NCBI GenBank assembly: GCA_963755915.1
Contig: CAVWLP010000002.1
Span: forward strand, 2,912,001-2,976,000
Source of the DNA: an uncultured Phycisphaerales bacterium
Lineage (GTDB): Bacteria > Planctomycetota > Phycisphaerae > Tepidisphaerales > Tepidisphaeraceae
Length of the DNA stretch: 64,000 bases
Reading direction: 5' to 3'
This document shows positions 53,552 to 64,000 of the stretch, one piece after another. Position numbers and translations under genes: made by a program. The first letter of the stretch is position 1, and every line of letters begins with the position of its first letter. A model generated the notes under the pieces. That model ran no database searches and was not told where the DNA came from. It saw only the letters and a list, made by a program, of their open reading frames with translations.

Positions 53552-55833
53552 ATGCGCCCCGCAATCCTCTGCATCCTCGCCCTCATCTGCGCGCCTGCGC
53601 ACGCGCCGCCACCCCCGGCGAAGTCCAAAACGCCATTGACAAGGCCGAGCAGTACATTCTCTCCCACCAGAAAGACGGCAACTGGGAAGTCTCCAAAAAA
53701 CAAAAACGCACCTCGCCCGCCCAAAACGTCCCCGGCGCCATCACCGCCACCGCCGCCTACGCCCTCCTCGTCGCCGGCGAACCCCCCGACAACCCGAAAT
53801 TGTCCGCTGCCATCACCTACCTCCAATCCAACAATTTCACCAGCGTCTTCACCCTCGGCATGCGCTGCCAGGTCTGGCGAATGCTCCTCCCCAACGACCA
53901 GATCAAATCCGCCCTCCGCCAAGACGGCCAAACCCTGGAAAAAAGCATCTCCACCGACGGCATGTACGACGCCGACCTCGCCGCACCCATGAATCCCCCC
54001 GATCACGCCGTCAGCCAATACGGTCCCCTCGGCGTCTGGACCTGCTCCGAAGAAGGAATGGAAATCCCCACCTCCTACTGGCAAACCGTCAGCGACGGCT
54101 GGCGCACCGCTCAGCAGCACGCTGGTAACTGGAACTACAGCCGCAATAACCAATCCTCCCAAACCATCCCCATGACCGCCGCCGGCGTTGCAACCCTCTT
54201 CCTCGCCCAGGACGCTCTCGCCGCAGGCATCAGCCCCTCCTGCAAAGGCAATAGCTCCGACCCCGATATCGACCGCGGCCTCACCTGGCTCGGCGAACAC
54301 TATTCCGAAGTCTTCAAATCCTCCTATCGCTATTACACCCTCTACTCCATCGAAGAACTCGGCGCCGCCTGCGGTCGAAAATTCTTCGGAACCACCGATT
54401 GGTACGCCCAGGGCGCAGACTATCTCGTCCGCATCCAAAAACCCGACGGCTCCTGGAATTCCAACGTCGCCGACACCTCCTTCGCCATCCTCTTCCTAAC
54501 CCGCGGCCGCGCCCCCGTCGGCATGAACAAGTTGGAATATTTCACCGCGTCCGACCCAGACTCCGGCGACGACCACCCCGTCCAGGCCGACTGGAACCAG
54601 CGCCCGCGCGACCTCGCCAACTTCAACCGCTGGATGGGAAAACAGGTCGAGCTCGACCGCCTCCTCAACTGGCAGGTCGTCAACCTCAGCGGCGACCCCG
54701 CCGACCTCCACGACGCCTCCATCCTCTATATCACCGGCGACAAAGCCCTCACCCTCGCCGACTCCGACAAACAAAAAATCAAAACCTTCATCCAGCAGGG
54801 CGGCATGGTCCTCTTCAACGCCGACTGCGGCAGCACCGCTTTCTCCGACTCCGTCAAACACCTCGCCGCCGAGCTCTTCCCCCAGATCGGCGAATTCCGC
54901 GAGCTCCCCATCGATCACTGCATCCTCAAAAACGAGCAATTCCTCGGCTCCGACTGGACCAACCCGCCCACCATTCTCGGCCTGAGTAACGGCGTGCGCG
55001 AGCTCATGATCCTCCTCCCCAAAGCCGATGCCTCCCGCGCCTGGCAAGCCCAACTCACCTCCTCAAAAGAAGAACTCTTCGAGCTCGGCGCCGACCTTCT
55101 CCTCTACGCCTCCGACAAACAAAACATCCGCGAAAAAGGCGACTCCTTCATCGTCCAGCCCAGCTCCCGCATCCAGGCAACCCGCACCATGAAAATCGCC
55201 CGCATCCAATACGACGGCATGTGGGACCCCGAACCCGGCGGCTGGCAACGCATGGCCGCCATCATGCACAACCGCGACCAGCTCGACATCGATGTCAAGC
55301 CCCTCAAGCTCGATCCCACCACCGACATGACCGACTATAAAATCGCCGTCCTCACCGGCTCAGGACACGTCAAGCTCAGCATCGACCAGTGGATTCAGCT
55401 CCACTCCTTCGTAGAAAACGGCGGCACTCTCATCGTCGACGCCGCCGGTGGCTCCCAAACCTTCAACGACGACATCCTCCCCCAGCTCCAAACCACTTTC
55501 TTCAACCAGGCGACTCAACTCGATCAGCCCCTCCGCCCCGGCCACATCCTTTACACCGAAATCGGCAGCAAGATCGACCAGGTCGCCTACCGCACCTTCG
55601 CCCGCCACGCGTTGAATGCCGATGATCTAACCGTCCCCAGAATCCGCGGCATAAAAATCGACCGCCGAATCGCTGTCTTCTTTAGCCCCGAAGACATCAT
55701 CGCCGGCCTGGTCGGTGAACCCGTCGACGGCATCATCGGCTACGACCCCGACTCCGCCACCACCCTAATGGAACACATGATCCTCTACGCCGAATCCGGC
55801 GGAAAACCCACCAACACCAATACCGGCGGCTAA
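53552..55833 (+). CDS. Exported protein with prenyltransferase/cyclase-like helical repeats and two DUF4159-like domains, frameshift near 53610
   Basis: Q.DGxW repeats, MTAAG, YYTLYSIEE, DTSFAILFL.RGRAP; two domains with FIQQGG..LFNADCG and FVENGGTLIVDAAGG. Confidence 0.7.
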
Positions 55834-55860
55834 GTAACCCGGTATATCCCCCGTATCCCG

Positions 55861-55884
55861 TGTAGCCGGCGAGCTTGCTCGCCG
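55861..55884. repeat. GTAG-type REP palindrome
   Basis: tgtagccggcgagcttgctcgccg; core identical to 39059-39080. Confidence 0.75.
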
Positions 55885-55914
55885 CTCCGCCCTTTTAAAA
55901 ATCACAAACCAATT

Positions 55915-56364
55915 TCAATTCCCACTCCCTCCCCCCGGCGAACCTCCCCCTCCCGCACTCGTCTCAAACACCAGCAGATACGGCACCGCCGAATTCCCGC
56001 TCGTATCCTTGAAGTTCCCGAAATTACCGCTGTTCAGCCAGATCGCATACGTCTTCCGCGGCTCCAATTTCACCGGCAACACGCACGTCCTCTCATCCGC
56101 CAGATAATGCGGCCTCCCCGTCATCTGCGGAAACGTATTCGTCCCCCACGTCGACCACGACCAGCTCTTATCCGTCATATCCTTGCTATACGTCACCGAA
56201 ATCTGCGCCAGCGACGGATCCACATCATCCCTCCCAGCCTCCGGCGTCGTACGCACCACCACCGGCGGGGCGGTCGCCAAACTCACCACCACCTGGTCCC
56301 CCTGTGCCGCCCCCATCAACCCCAACAACCCAAGCCCAACTAGAAACGCACGAATTTTGGTCAT
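55915..56364 (-). CDS. Small exported Ig-like (SbsA/Big_5-type) domain protein
   Basis: Signal peptide; PPVVVRTTP..G..DVDP...ISVTYSKDM, LEPRKTY, KDTSGN, FET. Confidence 0.75.
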   Translation of the reverse strand: MTKIRAFLVGLGLLGLMGAAQGDQVVVSLATAPPVVVRTTPEAGRDDVDPSLAQISVTYSKDMTDKSWSWSTWGTNTFPQMTGRPHYLADERTCVLPVKLEPRKTYAIWLNSGNFGNFKDTSGNSAVPYLLVFETSAGGGGSPGGGSGN

Positions 56365-56422
56365 AATTTCTCCGCAATAAGCTCCACCATTGTACCCGCC
56401 GTCCCCAAAAATTCGCCTTCGA

Positions 56423-56458
56423 TCCCCTCCCCTGGTACCCCGGGGCTAGGGTGGGGGC
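56423..56458. repeat. REP-like palindrome, family A (truncated)
   Basis: tcccctcccctggtaccccggggctagggtgggggc. Confidence 0.7.
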
Positions 56459-56523
56459 TCGTCCGCAGTGGGGGGTGTTACGCCCTTGACGCCCGCCCCT
56501 CCCCACCACAACAATATCTCATC

Positions 56524-56874
56524 GTGCTCCGTTACCCCGCTCTACTCCTCCTGACCTTCTTCTTTCTGATCGGCACCGGCCCCTTCGACCGCGCCCACGC
56601 CGCCGAGGTTCAGCGCGAACTAGACGCCATCCCCGCTCCGCGTCTCCCCGCCAACTCCCCCCTGAAAAAACTCCCCCAGCGTTTTCCCGTCCACGACCCC
56701 GCCACCTGCTCCGTCTGCATCGCCATCCACTCCGCGACCACTATCGATTCCTCAACCGCTCCCACAATCTCCCCCCTCACGATGACCGGCCGGATCACCA
56801 TAGATCCCCCGTCATCACTCACGCTAGCAACTCTCATCACCGAACAATCCCGCCCCCGCCCACCCGCTGACTGA
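56524..56874 (+). CDS. DUF2946-like leader protein (signal, HDxxxCxxC, terminal RxPP)
   Basis: Hydrophobic N-terminus; HDPATCSVCIAIH; ends QSRPRPPAD. Confidence 0.65.
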   Translation: MLRYPALLLLTFFFLIGTGPFDRAHAAEVQRELDAIPAPRLPANSPLKKLPQRFPVHDPATCSVCIAIHSATTIDSSTAPTISPLTMTGRITIDPPSSLTLATLITEQSRPRPPAD

Positions 56875-57000
56875 TCCTCCCGCAACCAGTTTAGTTCCGC
56901 TTACTCCCGAAACGCCCACGGCGCCGCCGTGGGGAATTCCAACTTCGGCGCACGGCGCAAAAAAATCCGCCGCGCACTTTCCATCACCACAGGAACCCAG

Positions 57001-57729
57001 ATGGGCCTCCTCATCCATAAACTCAAAAAAACCTACCACGCCCCCGACGGCTCCGCCGTCCCCGTCATCGACCTCCCGGAACTCTATCTCGCCGACGGCG
57101 AGCAGGTCGCCCTCATCGGAACCAGCGGCTCCGGCAAAACAACCCTCCTCCACATGATCGCCGGAATCCTCACCCCCGATTCCGGCAACGTCGTCTTCGA
57201 CTACGACCCCGCTCGCCCCGACTCCCCCGATTCCGTTGACCTCACCATGCTCTTCGAAGCAGAACGCGATGTCTTCCGTGGCCGAAACATCGGCTACATC
57301 TTCCAGACCCACCACCTCCTCTCCGGCTTCACCGCCCTGGAAAACGTCCTCCTCGGTATGACCTTCACCGGCCGCGCACACGACAAGAATTGGGCCCAGC
57401 ACCTCCTCCAGGAAGTCGGCCTCGCCCAGCGCCTCCATTACCGCCCGCAAAAATTATCCGTCGGCCAGCAGCAGCGCGTCGCCGTCGCCCGCGCTCTCGC
57501 CAATCGCCCCAAGCTCGTCCTTGCCGATGAGCCCACCGGCGCGCTCGACTCGGCTAACGCCCAGCAGGTCCTGGATCTCATCCGCAGGCTTTGCACGGAA
57601 GTCGGCTCTTCGCTGCTGCTCGTCAGTCACGACCTCAACATCGCCCGCCAGCTTCCGCGCGTTGTAACCCTCAGCGAAATCAATCTGGCAATGCCCCGGC
57701 CACTGGCCGAGGAAGCTTCAGCGAGGTAA
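57001..57729 (+). CDS. ABC transporter ATP-binding protein (LolD-like)
   Basis: GTSGSGKTT, GYIFQ, LSVGQQQRVAVARAL, LADEPTGALD, VSHD. Confidence 0.93.
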   Translation: MGLLIHKLKKTYHAPDGSAVPVIDLPELYLADGEQVALIGTSGSGKTTLLHMIAGILTPDSGNVVFDYDPARPDSPDSVDLTMLFEAERDVFRGRNIGYIFQTHHLLSGFTALENVLLGMTFTGRAHDKNWAQHLLQEVGLAQRLHYRPQKLSVGQQQRVAVARALANRPKLVLADEPTGALDSANAQQVLDLIRRLCTEVGSSLLLVSHDLNIARQLPRVVTLSEINLAMPRPLAEEASAR

Positions 57730-57736
57730 CCCAACC

Positions 57737-59185
57737 ATGAATTATTTCCAGCTCGTCTTCAAACAAATGCGCCAGCGGGCCCTCTCCACCTGGCTCACCA
57801 CCCTCTCCGTCATGCTGGGCGTCGCCCTCGCCGTCGCCATCATGGTCCTCGGCCGCGAAAGCGAAAATCTCTTCGGCCAAAGTGACTACGGCTACGACGC
57901 CATCATTGGCAAGAAAGGCTCGCCCCTCGAGCTCGTCCTCAACACCGTCTATCACCTCGACGTCAGCCCGGGCAACATCTCCTACGACCAGTACACCCGC
58001 CTGCTCAATCCCCATCTCCCCAAAGGCGTCCCCTATCCGCCGGACAATTATTTCAAATACGTCAAAATCGCCGTCCCCACCTGCGTCGGCGACACCCTCA
58101 ACGGCATCTACCGCATCATCGGCACGCCCCCCGTCTTTTTCGGGTACGACAACGACGGCAACCGCCTGCCCGATGATGACTGGCTCGACTACCGCCCCGG
58201 CAAAAAACTCCAGATCGCGCAGGGGAAGGTCTATGCCTTCAACAAGTTTGAAACCGTCGTCGGTAGCGAAATCCCCCGCCTCACCGGTTACAAGATCGGC
58301 GACACGATCCAGGCCTCCCACGGCATGACCGCCCCTGGAATTCCCCCCGAAAAACACGTACAGACCTGGACCATCGTCGGCATCCTCGCCCCCACCCACA
58401 CGGCCATCGATCGCTGCGTCTATATCCCCCTCGAAAGCTTTTACACCATTCCCGCCCACAGCGCCGGAATGGCCGTCCATGCGGCTCTTCGCGCCGGTCA
58501 AGCCATCCCCAATACCTTCGCCAATGACACCGATTCCGAAACCCACATCCCCGACAAAAACGGCATCGAGCACTACACCAACTACGACCTGAACACCAGG
58601 GACGGCACATTCCATCTCACCATCAGCCCCGACATCTGGGAAATCTCCGCGATCCTCGTCCAATCCCGCGGAGGCGCCACCGAGCAGCAGCTCGAATACG
58701 CCCTCAACAACGGCACCGACGTCATGGCCGTCAACCCCGCCTCCGTCATGCGCGGGTTCTTCGACACCTTCCTCGAGCCCTCCCGCGTCGTCCTCCTCAT
58801 CGTCTGCTCCCTGGTCACCATCGTAGCCGCGGTCGGAATCCTCGTGAGCATCTACAACTCCGTCTCCGCCCGCCTCAAGGAAATCGCCATCCTCCGCGCC
58901 CTCGGCGCCACCCGCAGTACCATCCTCACCCTCATCTGCCTTGAAGCCGGCCTCGTCGCCCTCATCGGATCGATCCTCGGTGTCGCCCTCGGCCACGCCG
59001 TCAACGCCGCCGGAGCCTGGTACATGATGCAAAACTACGGCGAAGTCCTCGGCTTTAACCCCATCGAATACCTCTACGAAGCCTATTACGTGGTAGCAGT
59101 CGTGATCCTGGCCACCATCGCCGGCCTCGTCCCCGCTCTCAAGGCCTACCGCACCTCCGTCGCAACGAATTTGGTAGCCACATGA
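57737..59185 (+). CDS. ABC transporter permease (MacB/FtsX-like)
   Basis: N-terminal TM, GKKGSPLELVLNTVYH, large periplasmic domain, RLKEIAILRALGA, three C-terminal TMs. Confidence 0.9.
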   Translation: MNYFQLVFKQMRQRALSTWLTTLSVMLGVALAVAIMVLGRESENLFGQSDYGYDAIIGKKGSPLELVLNTVYHLDVSPGNISYDQYTRLLNPHLPKGVPYPPDNYFKYVKIAVPTCVGDTLNGIYRIIGTPPVFFGYDNDGNRLPDDDWLDYRPGKKLQIAQGKVYAFNKFETVVGSEIPRLTGYKIGDTIQASHGMTAPGIPPEKHVQTWTIVGILAPTHTAIDRCVYIPLESFYTIPAHSAGMAVHAALRAGQAIPNTFANDTDSETHIPDKNGIEHYTNYDLNTRDGTFHLTISPDIWEISAILVQSRGGATEQQLEYALNNGTDVMAVNPASVMRGFFDTFLEPSRVVLLIVCSLVTIVAAVGILVSIYNSVSARLKEIAILRALGATRSTILTLICLEAGLVALIGSILGVALGHAVNAAGAWYMMQNYGEVLGFNPIEYLYEAYYVVAVVILATIAGLVPALKAYRTSVATNLVAT

Positions 59186-59679
59186 TTCCCTCCTGGCGAA
59201 CCCTCGCCCTGATCGCCACCGCAGTCTTCCTCTTCGGCTACCCCATCTTCGAGTACGCCGACATCTGGTTGACCGGTGGCATCACCCACCAGGGAAATCT
59301 CCTCGTCGTCGACCTCAAGGCCCTCTCCAGCTTCGAGATGGACCAGGACAACGGCACCGACAACGACATTCCCCAGCGCTACCGACAGCTCGACGGCAAA
59401 AAAGTCCTCCTCATCGGCCAGATGTACAACCCCTACGCCGCCGACGACGGCCAGGTCCGCGTCTTCACCCTCGTCTATTCCATCTCCAACTGCTGCTTCA
59501 ACGGCCCCCCCAAAGTCCAGCATTTCATCCAGGCAACGGTCCCCCCCGGAAAAAACGTCAGCGACTCCACCGGCGATTTCGTAAACGTCATCGGCACGTT
59601 GCACGTAGGCGTCCAATCCTCCGAAGGCCACGTACAAAGCGTCTACCGCATCGACGTAGACACCGTCTCCAAAAACTAA
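59182..59679 (+). CDS. DUF3299-like protein
   Basis: LDGKKVLLIGQM, FTLV..ISNCCFNGPP, VNVIGTL, VYRID; ATGA overlap with the permease. Confidence 0.7.
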   Translation: MIPSWRTLALIATAVFLFGYPIFEYADIWLTGGITHQGNLLVVDLKALSSFEMDQDNGTDNDIPQRYRQLDGKKVLLIGQMYNPYAADDGQVRVFTLVYSISNCCFNGPPKVQHFIQATVPPGKNVSDSTGDFVNVIGTLHVGVQSSEGHVQSVYRIDVDTVSKN

Positions 59680-59737
59680 CCCCCATCCCCTCCCCGTTTA
59701 GCGGCCGCGTTTACGCGGCGTCCCCCCCGGAATCCCT

Positions 59738-61368
59738 TCACTTCCCCAACTTCTTCAACCCCGGATCCAACTCATACGCCATGGAAAGCTCCACTCTCCC
59801 CAAACTCTTGTCCCCAAACCTAAGTTCCCACATCCCTAGCTCAAAATGCCCATTCGCATCCTCCGGATTGCTCTTAACGACTGCCTCAAACCACTTCCTC
59901 CCCGCATCCCTAAACGCCGGATTTTTCTCCTTCACCCCCAGCATCTCCAGCGCGATCCCATAGTTCACCATGATCTGCGGATCATGAATCTCCGCCTCGA
60001 TATCCACCCGCAGATGTTTCTCCGCCTCCCAGTAATCCCCCCGGTGCAGCAAAATCACGCCCAAATTGTCATTCGCCGTCCAGTCCCCCGGATTACACGC
60101 CAGCGCCACCTCATATTCCGCGACCGCATTATCCGTCTGGCCCATCTTTTCATACGCCACCCCCAGCCCCGAGTGCGCCACCGATGATTTCGGATTCGTC
60201 CGTTCCCACTGCCCATCAAACGCAAGGTCATTGAAATAATACTGTGCCCGCCCAAACGAGATCGCCCCCATCCCCAAAACCCACAAGACTGCCGCCACCG
60301 CACAAGCCCCAATCGCCCGCGGCTTCTTAACCCGCGAAACCACCCCCGCAACCACCGCCGCGAACCCCACCCCCGCCAGCGCCACATACCTCTCCGAATA
60401 CCCCGCCTCCTGTTCCGCCACCAGGTGCCCGTCGGAAGCTGCATCAAAACAAACCACGCCCCCCAGAAAACTCCCGCCCGCCAAATCCCCACCCTCCACA
60501 CCGCCACAACCATCCCCACCCCAAAAATCCCCGCCACCACCACCCTCCACAAAGAAAACCAAACCTCCACCGGCGGCTCATACCGCAACTCCCCAAACGG
60601 TAACACCACCGTCTGCACCCCATACAAAATCGACAACCACACATCCCCCGGATGCTCCCAAAAATCCAGATGAATCGACCTCCCCGAAAAAATAAAATGC
60701 CGCAACCCAAAATATCCCGCGAGGACCAAAACAATCACACCCCACCGAACTCCCCCGTTTAGCCGCGACCCGAAGGGAAGCGCTTCTCTTTTTCGCAAAA
60801 CCAAATCCCCCAAAAAAAACATCCCCCCCAAAACCACCGCCTGCTCCTTGGACAATAACCCCAGCACAAAAACAAACATCGCCCCCGCAAACCATCCCCA
60901 CCCGCTTTTCAAATACATCCACATCCCCAGTGGAATAAAAAACATCGGCATCAACGATTCCCTCCCCGACGCCGCCGGATACACACACTCGCTCGTCGCC
61001 GGATGCAGCGCCACCCAAAGCGCCCCCAACCCCGCCGCAAAAAATCCAATCCCAAACTCCCCACTCCTAAGCAGCAGATAAACCGCGACAAACACTAGCC
61101 CCGCCAACCCCGCATTAAAAACATGAAACCCCCGCGGCTCCGCACCCCAAACCCCGCGCTGAATCGCCAGCGTCGCCCTCGTCACCGGCCGGTAATAAAG
61201 AAAATTCAAATAATGCGGCTGCCCAAACAACCCCGCCAATTCCCGCCCGCTCACCTTCGCCGGCAGATCCTCAATCACAATATGATCATCAAACACAAAC
61301 TGATTGTTCCACGACGCCCACGCATAAAACACCGCTACCCCCACCCCAATCACCCCCACAAACACCAT
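59738..61368 (-). CDS. TMTC-like GT-C membrane glycosyltransferase with TPRs, frameshift near 60425 (start uncertain)
   Basis: FVFDD, YYRPV, GFHVFN, LHP..SECV...SGR, LLSKEQA, SERY, C-terminal TPRs. Confidence 0.82.
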
Positions 61369-61385
61369 CTCCCGCCACCGTCTTG

Positions 61386-61426
61386 CCCCCTCTCCCGGTA
61401 CTCCGGGAGAGGGCTGGGGTGAGGGC
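61386..61426. repeat. REP-like palindrome, family A
   Basis: ccccctctcccggtactccgggagagggctggggtgagggc. Confidence 0.8.
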
Positions 61427-61513
61427 CGTGAAAGAATTCGAGGCCACATGCGATCGCCCAACACTCCCAAGTGCCGCCGGTGTCCTCACCGGCGGAATCC
61501 CCAGTCCCAGCCC

Positions 61514-62954
61514 CTACCCTCCCGCCCCAGGGTTCGCATTCTCCTGTGGCGGCTGAATATTCACCGTCTGCTGCTTCCCATCCAACCGCGTCACCTCCAG
61601 CACCACCGGCTCATCCGCATGATCCTTCCGAAAATCCACATAATCCTTCTTAAACTCATCCAGCCCGCTCACCGGCTTCCCATTCATCTGCGTAATCAAA
61701 TCGTTCATCCCCAAATGTGCCGCCTGCGCCGCCGCCTCTGGCCGAAGCAGCGCCACCACCACCCCCTCCGTATCCGCCGGAATATGCCGGTAATACGTAT
61801 CCCCAAACGTCACCTCTCTCACCACAAACCCCAGCTCCCGCGCATAAAACCGCCGCACTTCCTGCGGCTCCTTCGGACGCGCCTCCAGCGTCACCACCAC
61901 CTGCCGCGGCGTATCTCCCTTCCCCCGCGTGACGGTGAACGTGACTTTGTCTCCCACGTTCATCCGCTGAATCTTCCGCGTCACAATCTCCGGCAGCTCC
62001 ACCGGCAAATCCCCGCGCTCGATCGGCTTCCCGTCGATCTGCGTGATGATGTCCAGCTTCGTCAACCCGGCCTTCGCCGCCGGTGAATCCGGGATCACAT
62101 CCGCGATCGAAACCGACGGCACATTCTTGAGCCCAAAATACTCCGCCTCCTCCTTCTCCAGCCCAATCATCTGGCACCCAATCCACGGAATCACCAGCGG
62201 ATGATCCGGAGTAGGGGGGTCCTCGATGCTCGGCAGGAAATCGCTCGCCGGGATATAGAGCCGTGGCGGATTGCTTACCATCGGCATGTCCTCCGGATTC
62301 TCCGGATTATCCAGCAGCGCATCCGACAGCGCCCGCGGATGCACCAGCCCAATCGCCTGCCCCGCTCCATCCAGCACCACCGCTCCCGTCCCCGCCAGCT
62401 CCCCGGAAACCAATATCTGCGGCACCGGCCCCCGCAAAACCGTCGCCATCCGCGCCGTCGTCACCCAAGACTTATACCCCGCCGATTTCGGCAGCATCCC
62501 CACCGAATAAAGCCGATCTCCCACCACCGGCGTCTCCCCCACAAACTTAATCGCCTGCCACTTCACCGGACTCTCCGGCTTTACAAACGCCAGGTCCGAC
62601 CTCTCATCCCTCCCCTGAAACGTCCCATCAATCTCCGTCTCATCCTGCGTCTCACTGGGCACAATGATCTTAAACCGCTTGATCTGATCATTAGGCACCA
62701 GCGCCGGCGGCATAATCTCAATCGAAAACGCCACCAACCCATCCTCCCGCACAACAACTCCCGCCGCCGACAATTCCTGCGACCCCAGCTCGTTCTCCCA
62801 GGTATATTTCACCGCGACGAGAGACGGCTTCGCAAACTCATACATCTTCTTAACCGCCGCTGCCTCATCATCCCCGCGCCAACCCCACCGGCAGGGCGAT
62901 CAGCACCACCAATACCGCAAGCCCAGCTCTCAAAACTCCCTGAAACCTTTTCAT
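61514..62954 (-). CDS. HtrA-like protein with two PDZ domains and degenerate protease domain, frameshift near 62870
   Basis: AGGAG then ATG 62954 and signal peptide; GRDERSDLAFVK; GNSGG replaced by AGTGA; PWIG, VIPDSPAAKAGL PDZ. Confidence 0.75.
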
Positions 62955-62976
62955 GCGTCTCCTGTTCAGAATTCTC

Positions 62977-63107
62977 TTCCCGCCCAACACCTTGAGGCCG
63001 CCCCGAACGTCACCAGGGCGGCCCTGTGTCATCGCAGCGGAACCGCGTTTCCATATACGAGCAACCGCATCTTCTCGTCACCAAAACCGTAACCGAAAAT
63101 ACTCTTC
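62977..63107. repeat. 130-bp dispersed intergenic repeat, copy 2
   Basis: Homologous to 42351-42480; contains the perfect stem ggccgccc...gggcggcc. Confidence 0.85.
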
Positions 63108-63159
63108 ATAATGCTCGCGAACACAACAGTTACGAAACGCGACAAAAATCATTGCCACC

Positions 63160-64000
63160 CTATTCATTCCCCTCATCCGCCGGCGCATACTCCTTCACCT
63201 TCAATATCGCCGTAAACACCGCCCGATCCCGCTGCACCTCCAGCGCAACCTCATCTTCCGACTTCGCCTCGTCATACAACTTCTCAAACCCATCCATATC
63301 CGTCACCGGCTTCCCATCCACCGACAAAATCACATCCCCCGCCTGCAAATGCGCCCTCTCCACCGGCTCCCCATCCGACATGCTCGTAATCCAAACCCCC
63401 GCCACTTCATCAAGCTGATTCGCCACCGCATACGGCCTTGTCAGTTCCCGCACCGAAACCCCCCATTTCGAAAAACCCTTCTCTGCCCCCAGATATCCCT
63501 CCAGCCGCGTCGTCTTCGCCGTCAGCGTCATCGTCTCCTTCCCGCGCCTGATCAACAGCTCCACATCCCCCCCGATCGGCAGCGCCGAAATCCGCTGCCT
63601 CACCGGCGCCAGCTCCTCCGGAAATCGCACATTCGTCGGCACCCCGTTCACCGCCAATAAAATATCCTGCGCCTTCCCTCCCGCATCCTTATACGGCCCG
63701 ATCCGGTCCACGCTGTTAATCAGCACCCCCTTGTTGATGTCGATATCGTAAAAAGTCTCCAGCTCATGCATCGGCATCAGCTCAAACCCCAAATCACTTC
63801 GCTCGACAGTCCCCACTTTTCCCGGCGCTGCCGACTGCAATATCGCCCAGATCACCGGCTTCGCCGTGTCGATCGGTATCGCAAAATTCAAATTCTGCCC
63901 GCCCCCGCGCGTGTTGATCCCCACCACGTCCCCGTTCATATCCACCAGCGGCCCGCCGCTGTTCCCTGGATTAATGGGCACATCCATCTGGATCCAGTTC
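63160..64000 (-). CDS. HtrA/DegP-family serine protease (3' part; 5' end beyond window)
   Basis: [35 protein letters not shown], two PDZ domains. Confidence 0.9.
   Translation of the reverse strand, partial: NWIQMDVPINPGNSGGPLVDMNGDVVGINTRGGGQNLNFAIPIDTAKPVIWAILQSAAPGKVGTVERSDLGFELMPMHELETFYDIDINKGVLINSVDRIGPYKDAGGKAQDILLAVNGVPTNVRFPEELAPVRQRISALPIGGDVELLIRRGKETMTLTAKTTRLEGYLGAEKGFSKWGVSVRELTRPYAVANQLDEVAGVWITSMSDGEPVERAHLQAGDVILSVDGKPVTDMDGFEKLYDEAKSEDEVALEVQRDRAVFTAILKVKEYAPADEGNE

Overview
High-GC bacterial chromosomal segment. Planctomycetota, probably Phycisphaerae/Tepidisphaera-like, is inferred from the PEP-CTERM proteins, DUF4159-type protein, CxxCGY..CPECG zinc-ribbon membrane protein and expanded SecA. 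It is mostly housekeeping genes: secA, P-II, RluA-type synthase, sat, folP-cdaA-cdaR, lepA, cyclophilin, cmk-plsC, M16C peptidase, hom-apgM-lysC, yicI-like GH31, galU-like, pilT-like, sppA, an ABC transporter and HtrA. Three type II toxin-antitoxin modules, several REP-like palindrome families, a 162-bp MITE and a 130-bp dispersed repeat are interspersed. Many genes, including essential secA, are broken by 1-bp indels, most likely long-read errors; reconstructed spans are given. Best candidates for new biology: (1) a ParA/Soj ATPase fused to a glycogen-binding CBM48/AMPK-beta domain, followed by a partner with a Walker-A-less MinD/FlhG-like domain, a possible glycogen-granule positioning system; (2) a SecM-like signal-peptide uORF ending in LPPP whose last codons are complementary to the secA ribosome-binding region; (3) a CxxC...RxPP leader ORF ahead of an ABC/DUF3299 operon; (4) a GT2(CCCC tail)-BshC-like-sat cluster; (5) a Tyr51-less P-II followed by a pseudo-Fic gene. 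All family calls come from motif recognition by eye; no searches were run.
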